From: Lysobacterales bacterium
Lineage (GTDB): Bacteria; Pseudomonadota; Gammaproteobacteria; Xanthomonadales; SZUA-5
Direction of reading: 5' to 3'
Assembly (NCBI GenBank): GCA_022844165.1
Contig: JALHMH010000003.1
Location: forward strand, 132,269-196,268
Length of the DNA stretch: 64,000 bases
Position numbers and translations under genes: made by a program. Below the pieces are notes generated by a model that was not told where the DNA came from, made no database searches, and saw nothing but the letters and a program-made list of their open reading frames with translations. Of this stretch, positions 12,063 through 20,460 are shown piece by piece. The stretch's first letter is position 1. Each line of letters opens with the position of its first letter.

Positions 12063-13000
12063 GCGATCATCCGTTTGCGGCCCTGACGCCAGACGTTGTG
12101 CTCGATGCCGCAGAGCGGCTTGGCGTTCACTGCGATGGTCGGTTGCTGGAGCTCAACAGCTTCGAAAACCGAGTGTTTCGGGTCGGCGTGGAGAACGGCT
12201 CGCCATTGATCGTCAAATTCTACCGGCCGCAGCGCTTCACAAGCGATGCGATCCACGAAGAACATGCGTTCTTGCGCGAACTGGCCGACGCTGAGCTGCC
12301 TGTTGCCCCGGCGCTCGGTTCGCCGAGCCTGCTACCGGTCGATGCCGCAGGCGTTGCTTTCATGGCTGCGCTGTTCCCATGCCTGCCAGGTCGCAGCGCC
12401 GACCTGGAATCGGCGGACAATCTGGCCTGGCTCGGTCGCTTGATCGCGCGTATGCACATCGTCGGCGCTCGATCGCGCTTTGAGCATCGGGCGACGTTGA
12501 CACCTGCGCTCGCTCGCACGGCGCTCGATGCGGTGATCGGCGGCTTACTGTTGCCGGAGCATTTGGGCTCACGCGCTCGCGAGTACGGTTCGCAGCTCAC
12601 GTCGCGCATCGAAAAACTCTGGGCCGATGCTGGTTCCTGCGCCAGGCTGCGGTTGCACGGCGATTTACATCGCGGCAACTTGTTGTGGAACGAGGGTCCG
12701 TTGCTCGTCGACTTCGACGACGCAGTAAACGGACCTGCGGTGCAAGACCTGTGGATGCTGCTTCCCGTCGACGATGAAAGCGCCCTTGAGGCACTGCTCG
12801 AAGGCTACGAGACGTTCCGACCCTTCGACCGCAGCGAGTTGGCGCTCATCCCGGCGCTGCGCGCGATCCGTCGCCTGCATTTCGCCGGTTGGCTGTCGCA
12901 GCGATACGCCGATCCGGCTTTTCCCCGAGCCTTTCCGTACGCCGCAGGCGCACGCTTCTGGGAGGAGGAAGTGAACGACTGGCGCGAACTGTGCTCTTGA
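12059..13000 (+). CDS. srkA: Stress response kinase A (YihE/RdoA family Ser/Thr kinase)
   Basis: N-terminus FAALTPDVVLDAAERLG..LNSFENRVFRV..IVKFYRP is typical of SrkA. Catalytic HGDLHRGNLLW and DFDD. The GTG start overlaps the upstream kinase stop (GTGA). Confidence 0.85.
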   Translation: MSDHPFAALTPDVVLDAAERLGVHCDGRLLELNSFENRVFRVGVENGSPLIVKFYRPQRFTSDAIHEEHAFLRELADAELPVAPALGSPSLLPVDAAGVAFMAALFPCLPGRSADLESADNLAWLGRLIARMHIVGARSRFEHRATLTPALARTALDAVIGGLLLPEHLGSRAREYGSQLTSRIEKLWADAGSCARLRLHGDLHRGNLLWNEGPLLVDFDDAVNGPAVQDLWMLLPVDDESALEALLEGYETFRPFDRSELALIPALRAIRRLHFAGWLSQRYADPAFPRAFPYAAGARFWEEEVNDWRELCS

Positions 13001-13089
13001 ACCACGCCACGTTCACCATCAGAGGCCGACATTGCCCTTCGCGCGGTTAGCCGCTATCACTGCACGACCCCCTTCTCGAGCATCGCCCC

Positions 13090-14070
13090 ATGAAACTTGC
13101 CTCCTTGAAACGCGGCGGCCGCGACGGCACGCTGATTGTCGTCAGTCGAGATCTGACACGCGCTGTTGTGGCCGACGCCATCGCCCCGAGTTTGCAAGCT
13201 GCGCTGGACGAGTGGCAGTACGCCGCGCCGCGATTGAATGCACTCAGTGAGCAGTTGAATACGGGTCGCGTAGAGAATTCGTTCGCCGTCGATGTCGACG
13301 ATCTTGCCGCGCCTTTGCCCCGCGCCTACGAATTCGTCGACGGTAGCGCTTATCTGCCGCATGTCGAACGGGTGCGGCGCGCGCGGAATGCAGAGGTGCC
13401 GCAGAGTTTTTACGTCGACCCGCTGATGTACCAGGCGACCAGCGCGCAATTCATGGGTCCCAGCGATCCGGTGCGCGTGGTCAGCGAGGACTATGGCATC
13501 GATCTGGAGGCCGAAGTGGTGATCGTCACCGACGATGTGCCGATGGCGATCAGCGCAAAGGCGGCGATGGACCATATTCAACTGATTGGCCTGGTGAACG
13601 ACGTCAGTTTGCGCAATCTGATTCCCGACGAGCTGGCCAAGGGGTTTGGTTTTTTGCAATCCAAGCCACGCTCGGCGCTTTCGCCGGTATTGGCGACGCC
13701 CGATGAGCTGGGCGCCTATTGGCAACAGGGCAAACTGCACAGACGCCTGATCACGCACATCGACGGCGAACTATTTGGGCAACCAGATGCGGGCAGCGAT
13801 ATGCAGTTTGACTTCGCGCAACTGATTGCACACGCCGCGAAAACCCGAAATCTCCTCGCCGGCACCATCGTCGGATCCGGTACGGTGGCCAACCAGGATG
13901 AGTCCGTGGGCGCATCCTGTCTTGCGGAGAAGCGGATGCTTGAAGTGATCGCCAGTGGCAAACCCACCACGCCGTTCTTGCGCTTCGGCCAACGCGTGCG
14001 CATCGAGATGTTCGACGATGCAGGCAGCAGCCTATTTGGCGCCATCGATCAGGAGATCGTGCGCTATTGA
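13090..14070 (+). CDS. Fumarylacetoacetate hydrolase (FAH) family protein
   Basis: 326 aa. N-terminus MKLASLKRGGRDGTLIVVSRDL and the central/C-terminal FAH fold pattern (..GTIVGSGTVAN..) are typical of the long FAH-family proteins. Confidence 0.8.
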   Translation: MKLASLKRGGRDGTLIVVSRDLTRAVVADAIAPSLQAALDEWQYAAPRLNALSEQLNTGRVENSFAVDVDDLAAPLPRAYEFVDGSAYLPHVERVRRARNAEVPQSFYVDPLMYQATSAQFMGPSDPVRVVSEDYGIDLEAEVVIVTDDVPMAISAKAAMDHIQLIGLVNDVSLRNLIPDELAKGFGFLQSKPRSALSPVLATPDELGAYWQQGKLHRRLITHIDGELFGQPDAGSDMQFDFAQLIAHAAKTRNLLAGTIVGSGTVANQDESVGASCLAEKRMLEVIASGKPTTPFLRFGQRVRIEMFDDAGSSLFGAIDQEIVRY

Positions 14071-14116
14071 TGGCTAAAAAGACCACGAACACCGAACGCG
14101 CTTTTTTGCGCGACGG

Positions 14117-15469
14117 TTACCGCAGCACCAGCTCCGGCCAAACTGCAAGGAGTACCAACATCGACAATTGAATGACGATGAACGGCACGACGCCTCGATA
14201 AATGGCGCCGGTCGAAAGCTCTGCTGGTGCGACGCCGCGCAGGTAAAACAGCGCGAAACCAAAGGGCGGCGTCAGAAATGACGTTTGCAAATTCATCGCG
14301 AACAGGACGCCAAGCCAGACAGGGTCGACACCGAGCGCCAGCAACGGCGGCGCGACCAGCGGCACGACGATAAAGACGATTTCGATGAAATCGATCAAGA
14401 AGCCGAGCAGGAAAATCGTCAGGTTGACGATGATCAGCGCACCCACCACGCCACCGGGCAAACCGGTCAGCGCTTCGTGGATGTAGTCGTCTCCGCCGTA
14501 GCCTCTGAACACCAGCGAGAACAATGTCGCCGCGATCAGAATCATGTACACCATCGACGTGATCAGCGCGGTACGTTCGGCGGTCTCGCGCACCCCGCGC
14601 CAGGACAGTTCGCCGCCGATTGCCGCCAGTACGGTGGCGCCAACCGCACCGATGGCGGCGGCCTCGGTCGGCGTCGCGATTCCAGCCAGAATGGAACCCA
14701 ATACCGCCAACACCAATGCCATTGGCGGTACCAGCGCTTGCAGCGCTTCGAGCACACTGGCATTGCCTCGCATTTCGGCCGGCAATGCCGGCGCCCGTTG
14801 CGGCTGGAGCCATGCGACGCCGATCAGATAAGCGAGGTATCCGCCGACGAGCACCAGACCTGGTAGCAATGCGCCGGCGAACAGATCGCCCACCGAAACC
14901 GACTTGGGCGAAAACAGGCCCTGATCGAGTTGCGCTTTTTGATAGGCGTTGCTGAGCACATCGCCCAGCAAAACCAGGATCACCGACGGCGGGATGATCT
15001 GACCCAGCGTGCCAGCCGAGCAGATCGTGCCCGCAGCGAGCTTCGGGTCGTAGCCAGCACGCAGCATCGTCGGTAGCGCGATCAGACCCATCGTGACCAC
15101 CGTGGCGCCGACGATGCCAGTGCTGGCCGCCAGCACCGCACCAACCAACAGTACGGAAATCGCCAGGCCGCCACGCAGCGACCCGAACAAAGTGGCCATC
15201 GATGTCAACAACCGCTCGGCAATTTTCGAGCGCTCCAGCATCACGCCCATGAACACGAATAGCGGCACGGCGAGCAAGGTTTCGTTGCCCATCGTGCCGA
15301 AGAGGCGGTTCGGAAAGGCATCCAAAAAGCTCGCGTCGAAGGTGCCTGTCAGGATGCCGATGCCGGCAAAAGCGAGCGATACGCCCGCCAGCGTAAACGC
15401 TACCGGCAGGCCCAACAGCAACGCTGCAGCCAGCGCGAGAAACAACAGCAAAGGTAGAAAGGCTTGCAT
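14117..15469 (-). CDS. TRAP transporter large permease subunit (DctM family), no DctQ/DctP nearby
   Basis: The internal ATG 15469 gives MQAFLPLLLFLALAAALLLG. 450 aa, polytopic. The C-terminal LQTSFLTPPFGFALFYLRGVAP is the DctM signature. The 61-aa upstream extension is non-membrane, low-complexity sequence. Confidence 0.8.
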   Translation of the reverse strand: MQAFLPLLLFLALAAALLLGLPVAFTLAGVSLAFAGIGILTGTFDASFLDAFPNRLFGTMGNETLLAVPLFVFMGVMLERSKIAERLLTSMATLFGSLRGGLAISVLLVGAVLAASTGIVGATVVTMGLIALPTMLRAGYDPKLAAGTICSAGTLGQIIPPSVILVLLGDVLSNAYQKAQLDQGLFSPKSVSVGDLFAGALLPGLVLVGGYLAYLIGVAWLQPQRAPALPAEMRGNASVLEALQALVPPMALVLAVLGSILAGIATPTEAAAIGAVGATVLAAIGGELSWRGVRETAERTALITSMVYMILIAATLFSLVFRGYGGDDYIHEALTGLPGGVVGALIIVNLTIFLLGFLIDFIEIVFIVVPLVAPPLLALGVDPVWLGVLFAMNLQTSFLTPPFGFALFYLRGVAPAELSTGAIYRGVVPFIVIQLSMLVLLAVWPELVLR

Positions 15470-15908
15470 TGAAATACAGTCCGCCCAGGTTGAACCAAGG
15501 ATCTGCGACGCGCTAACCCTTAAGGCAAGGCCGGTTGCGTCAGAAGCAAAGGATCGGACACGCCCCGCGTAAACCATAGCCCTTTTGGCAAGATCCGGCT
15601 CCGTCGAGGACGCTGGCAAGGCTACGACTGAGATCGCGCCGTTTGAGCACAAATCAGCTCAATGGCAGTTCTTCTCAAAAGATGCCGATGCAAGATGACC
15701 ATGCATCACTCCGAGTAGGGGCTGCTTGCGGGATGACCAGTCAGATCCGCCCAGACATCGCCAGGCTGACTCCGGTCGCGAACACACACCCGATCGTGGT
15801 CAGGATAGGTCATCTGATCGAACGCTTGTCGAACTCTCCAACCGTGCGTGATGGCGGAGCGCAACGTTCAGCGCCTGGGACAACTGACACCGTGCCAGCG
15901 ACAATCCT

Positions 15909-16379
15909 TCAGGTTCGCGATTCGATGTCGAAATGCAGAACTTCTTCGCGCGTCCCGAGATTGTCGTATAGCGCAATGGCCGGTGCGTCGCCGACGGCAG
16001 CTTGAACGTAAATGACATGAGCGCCACGCTCAATGGCGACGGTTCTTAGCGTGGCGATCATTGCTGTAGCGATGCCGCGGCGCCGATAGGGTTCGAGTAC
16101 ACCCAGATCGTAAATGTATAGCTCGCTGCGAACTTGCTCGAACTTAGGCAGCACATAGCCGGCGATGCCACCCACCATCCGACCGCCCATCGATGCAGCG
16201 ACAGCGACGAAGGTATCGCGACCTAGCAGGGCGTTCAAATACGCATCGCAGGGTTGCGCCTGTTCGTAGTTCTCGGGATCCTCGAATGCGGCGCTAAAGA
16301 CGCTCAACATCTCGCGCAAAAGGGGCGCATCACCATCGCCCAAAATTGCGATTTCCAGATCGGCAGCTTCTTTGGCCAT
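15909..16379 (-). CDS. Aminoglycoside 3-N-acetyltransferase, AAC(3)-I-like (GNAT)
   Basis: 156 aa. Blocks [32 protein letters not shown] and [34 protein letters not shown] align almost residue for residue with AacC1/AAC(3)-Ia as I remember it ([66 protein letters not shown]). Confidence 0.8.
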   Translation of the reverse strand: [156 protein letters not shown]

Positions 16380-16439
16380 GGTCGAGAGTCCTGCCAGGTT
16401 TGCGAAATTCGGTTGCAGACGGTGGTCGGTGAAAGCACG

Positions 16440-17087
16440 TCAGCCGTCTTCGCAATCAGGTGCGTCGGGGTAGTACAGCGCTCGTCGCGTCGACATTTCC
16501 TGCGCGACCAGCGCCGAACGGCCGCCCTGCCGGCGCAGTTCGAAAGCCGTCCGATCAAATTCTTCTACGCACCGGTTCTGGCTCAGCTTGAACATGCACT
16601 CGATGTCGGTAGCCAGAATATCGATGCACTCGATGCGCGGTGCCAGTGCCTGCAGGTAGTCGTCTGGCAAGCTCGAAAACCGATGCGCTGGGCTGCTCTC
16701 GAATCTGTTCTTTAGCTCCTCCAGGTGCGCCAGCAAGGTCGTCCGGTCTCTGGGTTGCACGATACCGCGCAGATGCAATGCCTGGTAGTTCCAGGTGCCA
16801 CCGAATCGTGGTGTCAGCTGCCAACTCCCGAGCACCGGCGCATCGGGTCCTAGAAAACAAACGAACACATTCGGTGCATGCTGCAATGCTGCCCAATGAT
16901 CGGTGTGCCGCATGACGTGGCCGCGCAGTACGATCTGATCGCCCCACGATCTCACCAGCAACGGCAAATGTGTGGTTACGTACGCGCCGTTTGCGCCGGT
17001 CGCAATCAGAGTTGCGAACGGATGCTGCTCGACGAATGCGCGAATCTGGGCCATATCACGGACCCGGAATGCTTCAACCGGATACAT
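16440..17087 (-). CDS. paiB: FMN-binding negative transcriptional regulator, PaiB family
   Basis: The internal ATG 17087 gives MYPVEAFRVRD..IRAFVEQHPFATLI, the canonical PaiB N-terminus. 215 aa. Confidence 0.8.
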   Translation of the reverse strand: MYPVEAFRVRDMAQIRAFVEQHPFATLIATGANGAYVTTHLPLLVRSWGDQIVLRGHVMRHTDHWAALQHAPNVFVCFLGPDAPVLGSWQLTPRFGGTWNYQALHLRGIVQPRDRTTLLAHLEELKNRFESSPAHRFSSLPDDYLQALAPRIECIDILATDIECMFKLSQNRCVEEFDRTAFELRRQGGRSALVAQEMSTRRALYYPDAPDCEDG

Positions 17088-17437
17088 AGTGTGTTCTCTC
17101 AATTTGGGCGAGACCGTTGCCAACCAGGGATGTAACCGTTCAGGACAGCCACAACCGGCAAGAGGGTGACGTGAACTACGCAAATCGCAGGAGAAAACGA
17201 CACGGTGTTTTCGCTATTGGGCACGATGCCTTGAGCTGAACCTGGTGTGGTGTCGGTTGCCCTTGATGCGCCCGATCATTTCCCGCCCTTTGCCCCGAGT
17301 GCTGCGCTGCTCGTTGGCGCCCTCCGTCCGGTGCGTCGGCGCGGCCGCCGTGCCATTGGACATCGATGTCCGAAAATGGCGAGTGTGCTTCCTCCGATGG
17401 TGGCAGGCTATGCGCATCCCAACTCTGGAGATCGAAC

Positions 17438-18253
17438 ATGCAACCCAGCCAACAGCAGTATGCCGACAGCTTTCGCGCGCTACATCGCAGCGGGCTGCTC
17501 ATCCTCCCGAACGCCGCCGATGGGGGCAGTGCGCGAATCATCGAAGCTGCCGGAAGCGCCGCAATCGCGACCAGTAGCGCTGCGGTTGCGTGGTCGCTGG
17601 GTTATCCCGATGGAGAGGCAGTCCCGTTCGATCGACTGCTTTCGGTCGTGCGCGATATCGTGCGCGTTATTCGCGTGCCGCTCTCGGTGGATGTCGAGAG
17701 CGGTTACGCTGCAGAGCCGCATCGTGTGGCGGCATCGGTGGTGGCGCTCATTCAAGCGGGTGCGGTTGGCATCAACGTGGAAGACGGCGCTGCCGATCCG
17801 GCGCTGCTCTGCGCCAAAATCAGCTCGATTCGCGAGGCCGCCGAACGTCAGGGCATTGCGCTCTTCATCAACGTGCGCACGGATGTCTATTTGCGCGGAT
17901 TGGTGTCCAGCGATGAACGCGTCGACGAAACGCTGGCGCGCGCTGAGCGCTATCTCGAGGCGGGGGCCGATGGCCTGTTTGTACCTGCTCTGGTCGACCG
18001 CAAAGAAATTTCGCAGGTCGCGAGTGAATGCAGAATGCCGCTCAACGTCATGTGGATGCCATCCCTTCCGGATCCACAGACATTGACCGCCTTGGGCGTT
18101 CGGCGGTTGAGTGCAGGCGCAGCGATAGGCAGTCGTGTGCTCGGCATGACCGCCGCGCTCGCCGAGCGTTTTTTGAGCTGCGGCGACTTGCGTGTTTCCG
18201 AACCGCAGGAATTGCACTACGCCAGAATCGATGGGCTGATGGATCGGACTTAA
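17438..18253 (+). CDS. Isocitrate lyase/PEP mutase family protein
   Basis: ATG 17438 is preceded by GGAG. Motifs LILPNAADGGSARIIEAAG..ATSSAAVA..LSVDVESGY..GINVED are typical of the PEP mutase/ICL superfamily (2-methylisocitrate-lyase-like). Confidence 0.8.
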   Translation: MQPSQQQYADSFRALHRSGLLILPNAADGGSARIIEAAGSAAIATSSAAVAWSLGYPDGEAVPFDRLLSVVRDIVRVIRVPLSVDVESGYAAEPHRVAASVVALIQAGAVGINVEDGAADPALLCAKISSIREAAERQGIALFINVRTDVYLRGLVSSDERVDETLARAERYLEAGADGLFVPALVDRKEISQVASECRMPLNVMWMPSLPDPQTLTALGVRRLSAGAAIGSRVLGMTAALAERFLSCGDLRVSEPQELHYARIDGLMDRT

Positions 18254-18257
18254 CGCC

Positions 18258-19739
18258 ATGCCTGGTCTCTCGATTCCGCCGCCGGAGGTTTGCGATCGCG
18301 CACGCGCTGCGAAGGATCATCGTTTTGACGGCTTATTTTTTACCGCCGTTCGAAGCACCGGTATCTATTGCCGTCCGGTATGCCCGGCGCCGTCGCCGAA
18401 GCGCCAGAACATCACTTATTACGCGACCGCTTCTGCCGCGAGCGCGGCCGGGTACCGGCCTTGTTTGCGCTGCCGGCCGGAGCTGTCGCCAGAGGCGCGG
18501 CACGCGTTGCTCGAGGAACCGGTACAGCGCGCACTGGAACTGATTGCCGAAGGCATGTTGCAAGACGGCTCCGTGGTCACGCTCGCGAGACGCGTGGGCA
18601 TGAGCGCGCGTCAGTTGCAACGCCTGTTCGTCGCAAACGTTGGCGCAACGCCGCACTCCGTCCACGCTACGCGGCGCCTGTTGCTGGCAAAACAACTACT
18701 CACGGAAACGGCGTTGCCCGTGACCGACGTGGCGCTGGCCGCGGGTTACAACAGCCTGCGCCGCTTTAACACGGCGTTTTTCGCGGGCTGCGGAATGCCG
18801 CCCAGCGCCATTCGGCGGCAATGTGTCGACATGCCCACCGGCATGTTGGTGTTGCGCTTGAGTTTCCGACCGCCGCTGGACTTCGCTGCGATGCTGGCCT
18901 TTCTGGCCAAACGCTCGATTCCTGGTATCGAACGCGTGCACAATGGCTGCTACCAACGCGTGATGGGTCCGGCGCAAGCGTCCACCTGGATTCGTGTCAG
19001 CGCCGATCCGGAGCGCCCAGAACTGCGGCTGGCCATGACCGCAATTGAGCCGCGCGCCATCCCGGCTGTGGTTCTGCGCGTGCGTCGGATGTTCGATCTG
19101 GATGCCGATCTGCAATCGGTGCACGCCGCGTTCGAGAACGATGCGCTGCTGTCGGAGGCGATCCGGCGCCGCCCAGGACTGCGCGTGCCGTGCGCCTGGG
19201 ATGGGTTCGAAACCGCCGTGCGCGCGATCCTCGGCCAACAGATCAGTGTTGCTGGCGCGACCACACTCGCGCGCCGTTTAGTGCAACGCTACGGCGAGCA
19301 TCGCGAGCAGCCCGATGGTGCGCCGTTGCCTGAAGATCTGGACCGCATCTTCCCGACGCCCGAACGTCTGCGCACCGCAGATATCGAAGCCATCGGATTG
19401 CCACGCACTCGGGCGGCGTCGCTGCGCGCACTCGCGGCAGCGGTTCACGACGGCCGTCTGTCGTTCGAAGGCGGCCAGCGTGTGGAGGAGTTCATCGCAC
19501 GCTGCGTTGCGCTGCCCGGCATCGGCGATTGGACTGCGCAGTACATCGCCATGCGTGCGTTGGCGCAGCCCGATGCCTTTCCAGCCGGAGATCTTGTCCT
19601 GCAAAAGGCCCTGGGCCAGGGACAACGGCTCAGCGAACGCGGGGCAAGGCTGCGTTCGATGGCATGGCGACCGTGGCGCGCGTATGCCGTCATCCACATT
19701 TGGCAATCGACCAGTGACTTGGCGAAGGTGACCCAATGA
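18258..19739 (+). CDS. alkA: Fused Ada N-terminal (Zn, methylphosphotriester) domain, AraC HTH, AlkA_N and HhH-GPD DNA-3-methyladenine glycosylase II
   Basis: Ada zinc motif [28 protein letters not shown]. AraC-type HTH (..[16 protein letters not shown]..). C-terminal HhH-GPD region ([18 protein letters not shown]). Confidence 0.85.
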   Translation: MPGLSIPPPEVCDRARAAKDHRFDGLFFTAVRSTGIYCRPVCPAPSPKRQNITYYATASAASAAGYRPCLRCRPELSPEARHALLEEPVQRALELIAEGMLQDGSVVTLARRVGMSARQLQRLFVANVGATPHSVHATRRLLLAKQLLTETALPVTDVALAAGYNSLRRFNTAFFAGCGMPPSAIRRQCVDMPTGMLVLRLSFRPPLDFAAMLAFLAKRSIPGIERVHNGCYQRVMGPAQASTWIRVSADPERPELRLAMTAIEPRAIPAVVLRVRRMFDLDADLQSVHAAFENDALLSEAIRRRPGLRVPCAWDGFETAVRAILGQQISVAGATTLARRLVQRYGEHREQPDGAPLPEDLDRIFPTPERLRTADIEAIGLPRTRAASLRALAAAVHDGRLSFEGGQRVEEFIARCVALPGIGDWTAQYIAMRALAQPDAFPAGDLVLQKALGQGQRLSERGARLRSMAWRPWRAYAVIHIWQSTSDLAKVTQ

Positions 19740-20290
19740 CCTCTTACGACGTACTTCAGACGCCGATCGGCGCATTGACGATCGCCGCGGACGAACACGG
19801 CCTGCGGCATATCGAGTTTCCGAACAATCGGCATCCTGCGCAGCGGGCGGGCTGGGTTCTCGCGCCGACAAACCCGATACTGCGCCAGGCGCGCGTGCAG
19901 CTGCTCGACTACTTTGCGGGCCGGCGCACCGGTTTTGATTTGGTCCTCCGTCCCGTGGGCACGCCGTTCCAGCTCAAAGTGTGGCAAACGCTCGCCAATA
20001 TCCCGTACGGCGAAACCTGGAGCTACCGCGATCTTGCACGGCGCGTGGGCAACCCAGCAGCGGTGCGCGCGGTCGGCGCTGCCAACGGGCGCAATCCGTT
20101 GCCGATCGTCTTGCCGTGTCATCGCGTGATCGGAGCCGACGGCACCCTCACCGGGTTTGGCGGCGGTCTCGAGACCAAAGCTGCCTTGTTACGGATGGAG
20201 GGCGCTCTGCCGGCGATACGGCCGGCAGAGGCGGACCTGTTCGCCAGCGTCCTGACAGAGTCGGATCCCACGGTCCCCATCGCGCCGTAG
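19736..20290 (+). CDS. ogt: Methylated-DNA-protein-cysteine methyltransferase
   Basis: Active-site [10 protein letters not shown], preceded by NPLPI and followed by [11 protein letters not shown]. The ATG overlaps the upstream stop (ATGA). Confidence 0.9.
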   Translation: MTSYDVLQTPIGALTIAADEHGLRHIEFPNNRHPAQRAGWVLAPTNPILRQARVQLLDYFAGRRTGFDLVLRPVGTPFQLKVWQTLANIPYGETWSYRDLARRVGNPAAVRAVGAANGRNPLPIVLPCHRVIGADGTLTGFGGGLETKAALLRMEGALPAIRPAEADLFASVLTESDPTVPIAP

Positions 20291-20377
20291 CGGACAAGGT
20301 TTCGACTAGTCTCCGCCAAACTCCAGCACCAGGTCTTCCTGGCAGAAGTCGAAACTCGCGGGGTCCGATTCCTCGCC

Positions 20378-20460
20378 ATTGAGCGCAGTGCGCTCAATCG
20401 CCCCCTCAAGTCAAGGGGGCCTGAACAGTCAAAGCCGCTGACTTGACTCAAGGACTCTCG
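20378..20460 (-). repeat. Structured intergenic repeat, reverse-orientation copy of the 28.3-kb element
   Basis: The reverse complement reads AGAGTCCTTGA..AGCGGCTTTGACTGTTCAGGCCCCCTTGACTTGAGGGGGCGATTGAGCGCACTGCGCTCAATG. It is colinear with 28254-28364 (AGAGTCCTTGA..AGCGGTTTTGGCTTTGGCAGCCCCCTTAAATTAAGGGGGCGATTGAGCGCGCAGCGCTCGATG). It contains hairpins GCCCCCT/AGGGGGC and ATTGAGCGC/GCGCTCAAT. Confidence 0.7.
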
